20,000 nucleotides of DNA from an uncultured virus (IMG/VR IMGVR_UViG_2724679451_000017) (Duplodnaviria > Heunggongvirae > Uroviricota > Caudoviricetes): the IMG/VR virus record IMGVR_UViG_2724679451_000017; one strand, 5' to 3'. Every line of letters starts with the position of its first letter. Position 1 is the first letter of the stretch. The notes beneath the pieces were generated by a model. That model saw only the letters and a list, made by a program, of their open reading frames with translations. It was not told the origin of the DNA and did no database searches. A program made the position numbers and the translations under genes. Shown in pieces: positions 15,240 to 20,000 of the stretch.

Positions 15240-15607
15240 AAACCAACTATTTACGAGGATATAAACGTTACGAAAACAGTCTGAATAATCAAGCAAACCA
15301 TAAATCAACTTTCCGCGAATTCGTTGGAAAGGATGAGGAACGTGGTTTATACAAAGTACGTTTAGGCCATACAGTTTATGCTGCAAATCACACATTAACT
15401 CGTGTTTATACGGTTAATGAAGCCAATGAATTAACTCCTGTTTCACAATATACGTTAAATACTAAGGATTGGATTTTACGAAACCTAGAAACCGAAATTA
15501 AATATCGTAGAGGACGTGAATTAGGTCAAATTCTTCAAAAAACGCACATCCCTTCCCCTGATCGAAAAGCTTACAAAATTCGTCGTGGCTTTCTTGGTAC
15601 ACGTTAA
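15236..15607 (+). CDS. Basic phage hypothetical protein (123 aa)
   Basis: ATGA-coupled ORF. Confidence 0.75.
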   Translation: MKTNYLRGYKRYENSLNNQANHKSTFREFVGKDEERGLYKVRLGHTVYAANHTLTRVYTVNEANELTPVSQYTLNTKDWILRNLETEIKYRRGRELGQILQKTHIPSPDRKAYKIRRGFLGTR

Positions 15608-15623
15608 TAAGAGGGAATCAGGT

Positions 15624-15767
15624 ATGTTAGTTATTAAACCTTTTCGCGTAGTTTATGGAATTTGCCCACGATGCACATATGACAAATGCACTCTCGGTGT
15701 AAGTCATTCAGGTTCAGGTAGTCAATGGGAATGCCACAACTGCGGTTTGTGCTGGACTAATCGCTAA
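15624..15767 (+). CDS. Small zinc-ribbon protein (47 aa)
   Basis: GAGGGA RBS, ATG at 15624; CPRC...CHNC. Confidence 0.65.
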   Translation: MLVIKPFRVVYGICPRCTYDKCTLGVSHSGSGSQWECHNCGLCWTNR

Positions 15768-15781
15768 GGGGTAACTCATTA

Positions 15782-16462
15782 ATGAAAGCTCTTATATTAG
15801 ATACTGAAACCAACACTTTGAATGGTTATCCAATCGAAATTGCTTATACGCCATTTAGTTTCGAAAACGGTCAAATTCAAATTCACAAAGATCATGCATT
15901 TAGCCGTTATTTCTCTTGCCCTGAACCAATTGATTTAGAAGCAATGGCTGTACACAATATCATTGAAGCTGATATTGAAGGTCAACCAAGCTGTGAAGCG
16001 TTCCGGTTACCTGACGGTGTTGAATTCATTGTCGGCCACAATATTGATTACGACATTAAAGCACTAAATAAATGTGGACCAGCAATAAAGGCAAAGACTA
16101 TTTGTACTTTAGCTTTAGCAAGGGATGTTTGGCCTGAATTACCAAGTCATAAATTGGCTGTTCTGTACTATTTCATAATGAGTAACCGTGAAGAAGCACG
16201 CAAGCATTTAAGACATGCACATTCAGCACGGGCGGATGTTTATTTTACTGGGATTATCCTAATAGCTCTTATTGAACGACTGGGAATAAAAGATTTGAAC
16301 TCCTTATTTCTCATGTCTGAAGCTGTACGTTTACCCAAAATAATGACATGGGGTAAACACAAAGGAACGCCTCTTAAAGAATTACCGCGCCCATATATCT
16401 CATGGCTCCTGAATAAAGAAGACCTTGACCCACATTTGCGTAAAGCGCTTCAAAATATTTAA
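15782..16462 (+). CDS. DEDDh 3'-5' exonuclease, exonuclease X-like
   Basis: ExoI LDTET, ExoII GHNIDYD, ExoIII HSARAD; C-terminal MTWGKHKG...YISWLL domain as in ExoX. Confidence 0.92.
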   Translation: MKALILDTETNTLNGYPIEIAYTPFSFENGQIQIHKDHAFSRYFSCPEPIDLEAMAVHNIIEADIEGQPSCEAFRLPDGVEFIVGHNIDYDIKALNKCGPAIKAKTICTLALARDVWPELPSHKLAVLYYFIMSNREEARKHLRHAHSARADVYFTGIILIALIERLGIKDLNSLFLMSEAVRLPKIMTWGKHKGTPLKELPRPYISWLLNKEDLDPHLRKALQNI

Positions 16463-16474
16463 AGGTTAGCAACT

Positions 16475-17503
16475 ATGAAACCTACTCTATTTACGCCTGA
16501 AACATGGGCGGAGTTTACCCAACAACTCAAAAATTCTTGGGAAAAAGATAACGCTGGTACTGATTCACCAATTTTTGTTGTTCAAGAAAAAAAGATTGTT
16601 TGGGGTTTAGATCCGGCTAGTGATTCTGTAGAAATCACTAATATTGTAGATGCCGATGATGAATCAACATATAAATCAATTGATGATTTTTTTGAATCTC
16701 TTAAAGCTACAGATAAGCATGCTTTAAATGGTTTAGCAATTGAAGAGGAAGATGAACTTTTCCTCGATGTAAAAGCTTCTACTCAAATAAACATTTTATC
16801 TGATTGGAATGAACGCAATATTCATATCTGCCATGGTAAATATTTTTGGGAAGATGTTAATTGCCATCTAACTCGTTCAGCTGCAGATGCATTTATTAAA
16901 CGTAAATCGCATGATTTCGGTGAGTTGCGGGTATTTGTTAAGTCACTTTATTGGTGTGAGGAGTTTAAGAATTTACTTAACGCTATTATTAGCGGTGAAG
17001 TAGGTTTGACAAGTATAGATGACGACAACATCCTAAACGTTTTGGGACCAATTGAACCCAAAGCAGATAAAGAAATTAACTCAACTCAAGCAAAAAAATC
17101 TGCGAAGAAGGCCAATAACAAAGAGGAAAATTGGACTCGTTATCATAATGACAAACCTGTTGAGTCTCCGTTAGCTGGCCTTATTGAAAAGCTAAAGAAA
17201 ACTAAAACTGCAGATGCAGCTAATAGTCTCATTGAGGAAACGAAAGACTGGGCTTCTGAAGATCAAAAATCTTTTTTAACTGAGTTAAATAAACACTTAG
17301 TCATCATTGCTGGTCAATCGAAAGAAAATATTTCAATTTCTGAACGAGTCAAACGAGCTACAGACCTGACTACGTTGGATGCGATTGAAATTGATATTTC
17401 AGAAGCAGATGAACGTATTCAAGAACCCCTAATGGAGCTGGTTATAAAAAGAAGAAAAGAACTAGAAGTTGAAAATAACTTCTTATTGGAGTCACCACAA
17501 TGA
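16475..17503 (+). CDS. Phage hypothetical protein (342 aa, acidic, multi-domain)
   Basis: Long ORF in the early operon. The AGTDSPIFVVQ ... LTRSAADAFI motifs loosely recall the Ead/Ea22-type accessory proteins. Confidence 0.75.
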   Translation: MKPTLFTPETWAEFTQQLKNSWEKDNAGTDSPIFVVQEKKIVWGLDPASDSVEITNIVDADDESTYKSIDDFFESLKATDKHALNGLAIEEEDELFLDVKASTQINILSDWNERNIHICHGKYFWEDVNCHLTRSAADAFIKRKSHDFGELRVFVKSLYWCEEFKNLLNAIISGEVGLTSIDDDNILNVLGPIEPKADKEINSTQAKKSAKKANNKEENWTRYHNDKPVESPLAGLIEKLKKTKTADAANSLIEETKDWASEDQKSFLTELNKHLVIIAGQSKENISISERVKRATDLTTLDAIEIDISEADERIQEPLMELVIKRRKELEVENNFLLESPQ

Positions 17504-17643
17504 TCCAAATATACAACAGCAAAACCAGAACTTTCACTGTGGTTGGTAAAAACAGAACTCATGTGTTCTCAAATGTTTCGCTTCATGAAACAGATGCCCT
17601 GCTCTACAAGGCAAAACTTAAGGATTCCATTTGGAGATTTTAA
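17500..17643 (+). CDS. Small phage protein (47 aa, MIQIYNSKTRTFTVVGK...DSIWRF); not in ORF track
   Basis: GGAG RBS, ATGA overlap with the previous stop, TAA abuts the next ATG; fills the gap exactly. Confidence 0.75.
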   Translation: MIQIYNSKTRTFTVVGKNRTHVFSNVSLHETDALLYKAKLKDSIWRF

Positions 17644-17934
17644 ATGATGAGAAACATCCCTGATTCTATGTCGTTTCCTTTCACTGTTTGGATGTGTGAA
17701 AACGGGTATTACCCATCTCATAAAAATGGATTCATTGTTTTAAAGCGTGGCAAAGAAGTTGCAAAGATATCAATGAATGAAACAAAAGATGGTTATCCAA
17801 TGAATGATATTTGCCAAAAGAAATTTGCCTCGTTCTGCAGAGCATGGATGAACAGAGATAAACACTTTATTGAGCAATTACGTTTGCGTGGATTAGCAAG
17901 ATTAAATCAAAAAAGTTATCAGATGGTGGCCTAA
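17644..17934 (+). CDS. Phage hypothetical protein (96 aa)
   Basis: GGAG RBS, tightly packed in the operon. Confidence 0.78.
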   Translation: MMRNIPDSMSFPFTVWMCENGYYPSHKNGFIVLKRGKEVAKISMNETKDGYPMNDICQKKFASFCRAWMNRDKHFIEQLRLRGLARLNQKSYQMVA

Positions 17935-18114
17935 ATGTTTGAAGTTAAGACTGCAGTGCAATTTGATGACGATGATGTTTGGATTGGAAGTGTTCTTATC
18001 TCGAAATGTGGCGGTAATGACGAATGGACGGCATATCTCGACAATGATGTGGAAAAGGAATTTGAAACTTTAGAGCAAGCTGTCACTTATTGTTTGGAGC
18101 AAGCGAATGATTAA
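17935..18114 (+). CDS. Small highly acidic protein (59 aa, MFEVKTAVQFDDDDVWIG...LEQAND); not in ORF track
   Basis: ATG directly after the previous TAA, GGTGG RBS, overlaps the next gene; 15 D/E against 3 K. Confidence 0.75.
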   Translation: MFEVKTAVQFDDDDVWIGSVLISKCGGNDEWTAYLDNDVEKEFETLEQAVTYCLEQAND

Positions 18115-18643
18115 TTTAGCGAACCAAAGAGAAGCTTTAATTGCAGAAGTAGAAGTTTTTAAAAAAGACTGTATGGAGCTATGGTTTGTTCCTGATCTCG
18201 CAGCTTCTTATACAAATCGGGACTTTTTTTCTTATTCCATAATAGAAGATAACCAAGTCTTTTTTATGATCGAACAAACTCGACAACTGTGGGAATTCTG
18301 GAATAAAGCCAAGGATCATAATTTGCCTAAAGGTTCAGTTCTAATTGTTGAAGACCAAATTAAAACTATGTGGCAAGACAATGAAGAGCCTGAAAATTGC
18401 GTAAATAAAGAAAAAGACTTTAATTGTTTGGGTGATTGTTTAGACATTGAAGATATCATTTCAATCACAAAGCAACGCTATGCATATATCTCAGCCGAAA
18501 AGGTCTACGGTACTTGGGTAGCTAAATTTGAGGCTGGTGAACTGAAAAAAGATTATTTCTTCGTTGGTAGTCAAAAAGAATGTGAAGAAATTGTCGAAAG
18601 TAATAAAGCTCTTTATTCAAGCAGAATGGGAGCTAATTCATGA
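18107..18643 (+). CDS. Phage hypothetical protein (178 aa)
   Basis: GGAG RBS, coupled ORF. Confidence 0.78.
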   Translation: MINLANQREALIAEVEVFKKDCMELWFVPDLAASYTNRDFFSYSIIEDNQVFFMIEQTRQLWEFWNKAKDHNLPKGSVLIVEDQIKTMWQDNEEPENCVNKEKDFNCLGDCLDIEDIISITKQRYAYISAEKVYGTWVAKFEAGELKKDYFFVGSQKECEEIVESNKALYSSRMGANS

Positions 18644-19149
18644 TTTTTTATGACCGTGCTTTTTTTGAAGAAAATTTCAAAAAAACTGAAACTTTCAAGC
18701 AAGAAAGCAATATTCGAAAAAATGACATTCTTGTATTTAGTGAAACCATGAATGGCTATTTTAATATAGTGACAAATAAAGCTTGGTTACTTTGGAAAAA
18801 GGAAATGCAAGCTCATGCTGATTGGTATAAAAATGATGACCCAATTGCATATAAATGGGCCAAAGATGGAAGCCCTGAATATGAAGCTGACTTTTATACA
18901 AGTGCAAAAGCTTGGGCTGCAGCAAAAGCCCAAGCTGGGCCCACTTGGATCAGCGTAAAAGATGAAGAGCCACCTACAGACATAATGGTACTTATTTGTT
19001 GGGATAATGCACCAGATGTTACTCCAGAACAAGACTATATAACTATTGATGAAGATCTAAATAGTGTATGGGCAAATTATTATAATGACCCACCTTCTCA
19101 CTGGATGCATTTTCATAGTGTGCCAAACGTATCGGGAGCTAAACAATGA
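18640..19149 (+). CDS. DUF551-domain phage protein
   Basis: C-terminal WISVKDEEPP...VLICW...SHWMH is the typical DUF551 pattern. Confidence 0.75.
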   Translation: MIFYDRAFFEENFKKTETFKQESNIRKNDILVFSETMNGYFNIVTNKAWLLWKKEMQAHADWYKNDDPIAYKWAKDGSPEYEADFYTSAKAWAAAKAQAGPTWISVKDEEPPTDIMVLICWDNAPDVTPEQDYITIDEDLNSVWANYYNDPPSHWMHFHSVPNVSGAKQ

Positions 19150-19490
19150 ACAAAATGACCCATGAGCAATTTTTGTTGATGAAATTAGCTGAAGAAGCTT
19201 CAGAAATAGCCCAGATTGCCTTAAAAACTGCTCAATTTGGTATGAATGAAAAACATCCTTCAATGGAGCTAAACAATAAACAGAGAATCCATCTTGAACT
19301 TAACGATTTATTTGCGATTGTCGATGAGTTGAATAATTGGTACCACTTCAATTATCAACCGGACCACTTAGCTAAAATTCGAAAGATAGAAAAACTTAAT
19401 GAGTATCTAGGTTACTCAATTAAGTTAGGTAAAGTTGAAGATCCTTGGAGCTTTTCCAAAGAAAAAGCTACGGGTAGTTTGGAGGGCTAA
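19146..19490 (+). CDS. MazG-like all-alpha NTP pyrophosphohydrolase
   Basis: KLAEEASEIAQ...LELNDL gives the EExxE...ExxD metal-binding motif. Confidence 0.7.
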   Translation: MNKMTHEQFLLMKLAEEASEIAQIALKTAQFGMNEKHPSMELNNKQRIHLELNDLFAIVDELNNWYHFNYQPDHLAKIRKIEKLNEYLGYSIKLGKVEDPWSFSKEKATGSLEG

Positions 19491-19742
19491 ATGGAAAAGT
19501 ATTTAACGTCCAATGCCATATGTAAAAAGTACGAAATTAGCAAGCGAACTTTAAGCCGCTGGGAAATTATGACACCTTGGGGCATCCCTTTCCCGGCCCC
19601 CGCATTTGGTAACACACCTGGTGCTGTGAAACGATACTTAACTATCGAAGTCAAAAAGTGGGAAAGAAAGTGTTTTAAGAAAAATAATGAAGACACTGAA
19701 TCAACTGATGTAACAGAACCTGAATATTTAAAAGCTATATAA
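19491..19742 (+). CDS. xis: Excisionase / AlpA-like winged-HTH protein
   Basis: YLTSNAICKKYEISKRTLSRW...FPAP...RYLTIEVKKWE; last gene of the early operon at the prophage edge. Confidence 0.78.
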   Translation: MEKYLTSNAICKKYEISKRTLSRWEIMTPWGIPFPAPAFGNTPGAVKRYLTIEVKKWERKCFKKNNEDTESTDVTEPEYLKAI

Positions 19743-19753
19743 GTTAGATAGAA

Positions 19754-19804
19754 GCTAACAATCAGAAAACTTGATCAAATTAGTCTTGTTCAATGATTGT
19801 TAGC
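19754..19804. repeat. Long bulged inverted repeat downstream of xis
   Basis: GCTAACAATCA (19754-19764) / TGATTGTTAGC (19794-19804) with inner TTGATCAA / TTGTTCAA arms. Confidence 0.7.
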
Positions 19805-19862
19805 ATATTTACGTTACTATATACTGTCCGCCGAATCACGGCTTGCTAGATAAACTCAGCAA

Positions 19863-19945
19863 TTTCATTTATGTACATAATGGTGTACATATTATGAAAC
19901 CAAGGAAGCAAGAATATACTTTTCCCGTTTAATAATAAGGGTTTA
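19863..19945. promoter_or_regulatory. Probable att arm region
   Basis: Direct repeats TGTACATA at 19872-19879 and 19884-19891 (12-bp period) within an imperfect inverted repeat; degenerate IHF-like TAATAAGGGTTTA at 19933-19945. Confidence 0.45.
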
Positions 19946-19951
19946 GGCGAT

Positions 19952-20000
19952 ATGGCATTAATCGTTCAAAAATATGGCGGTACTTCTATGGGTACCCCCG
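19952..20000 (+). CDS. lysC: Aspartate kinase, N-terminus (host gene, runs off the window)
   Basis: MALIVQKYGGTSMGTP contains the aspartokinase N-terminal signature (VQK[FY]GGTS); AGG RBS upstream. Confidence 0.9.
   Translation, partial: MALIVQKYGGTSMGTP

Larger units (their letters stand above)
1..19950. mobile_element. Temperate prophage (one end; continues beyond position 1)
   Basis: Divergent cI/cro switch with operators, replication initiator plus DnaC-like loader, RusA, orphan methyltransferase, excisionase-like gene, tape-measure-like gene and many overlapping ATGA-coupled small ORFs. Abuts host lysC. The exact att boundary is not resolvable. Confidence 0.95.

Noticed and set aside
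14500..19696. Short minus-strand ORFs (14500, 14692, 18787, 19057, 19487)
   Set aside because: Antisense to the tightly coupled plus-strand early operon.
19745..19950. tRNA/tmRNA integration target or lysine riboswitch upstream of lysC
   Set aside because: No cloverleaf or T-loop GTTCGA motif, and the segment is short, AT-rich and lacks recognisable L-box features by eye.

Overview
The window is one end of a temperate (lambdoid-organised) prophage. Codon style, low GC and the flanking host gene suggest an Acinetobacter host; this is an inference. From the right end the order is: 5' end of host aspartate kinase lysC (19952 onwards), a probable att region with no integrase beside it, and an excisionase-like gene. 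Next comes a rightward early (PL-like) operon with YfdP-like, ExoX-like exonuclease, DUF551, MazG-like and many small ORFs. The cI/cro switch follows, with five ATGC-N6-GCAT operators. A leftward (PR-like) operon carries an ASCH-like / PAPS-reductase-family / second ASCH-like / C5-methyltransferase block, a replication initiator with iterons and a DnaC-like loader. After that lie an AT-rich accessory island with small unannotated peptide ORFs and hairpins, then RusA, an XRE regulator, a TerS-like gene and the 5' part of a tape-measure-like gene. The best candidates for new biology are the putative DNA-modification block (8154-11630), a promoter-driven 31-aa membrane peptide with a convergent structured RNA (type I toxin-antitoxin-like), a TTGGAAC late-promoter motif coupled to an RBS-sequestering hairpin, and the integrase-less att end at lysC. 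All calls come from reading motifs by eye; no searches were run.
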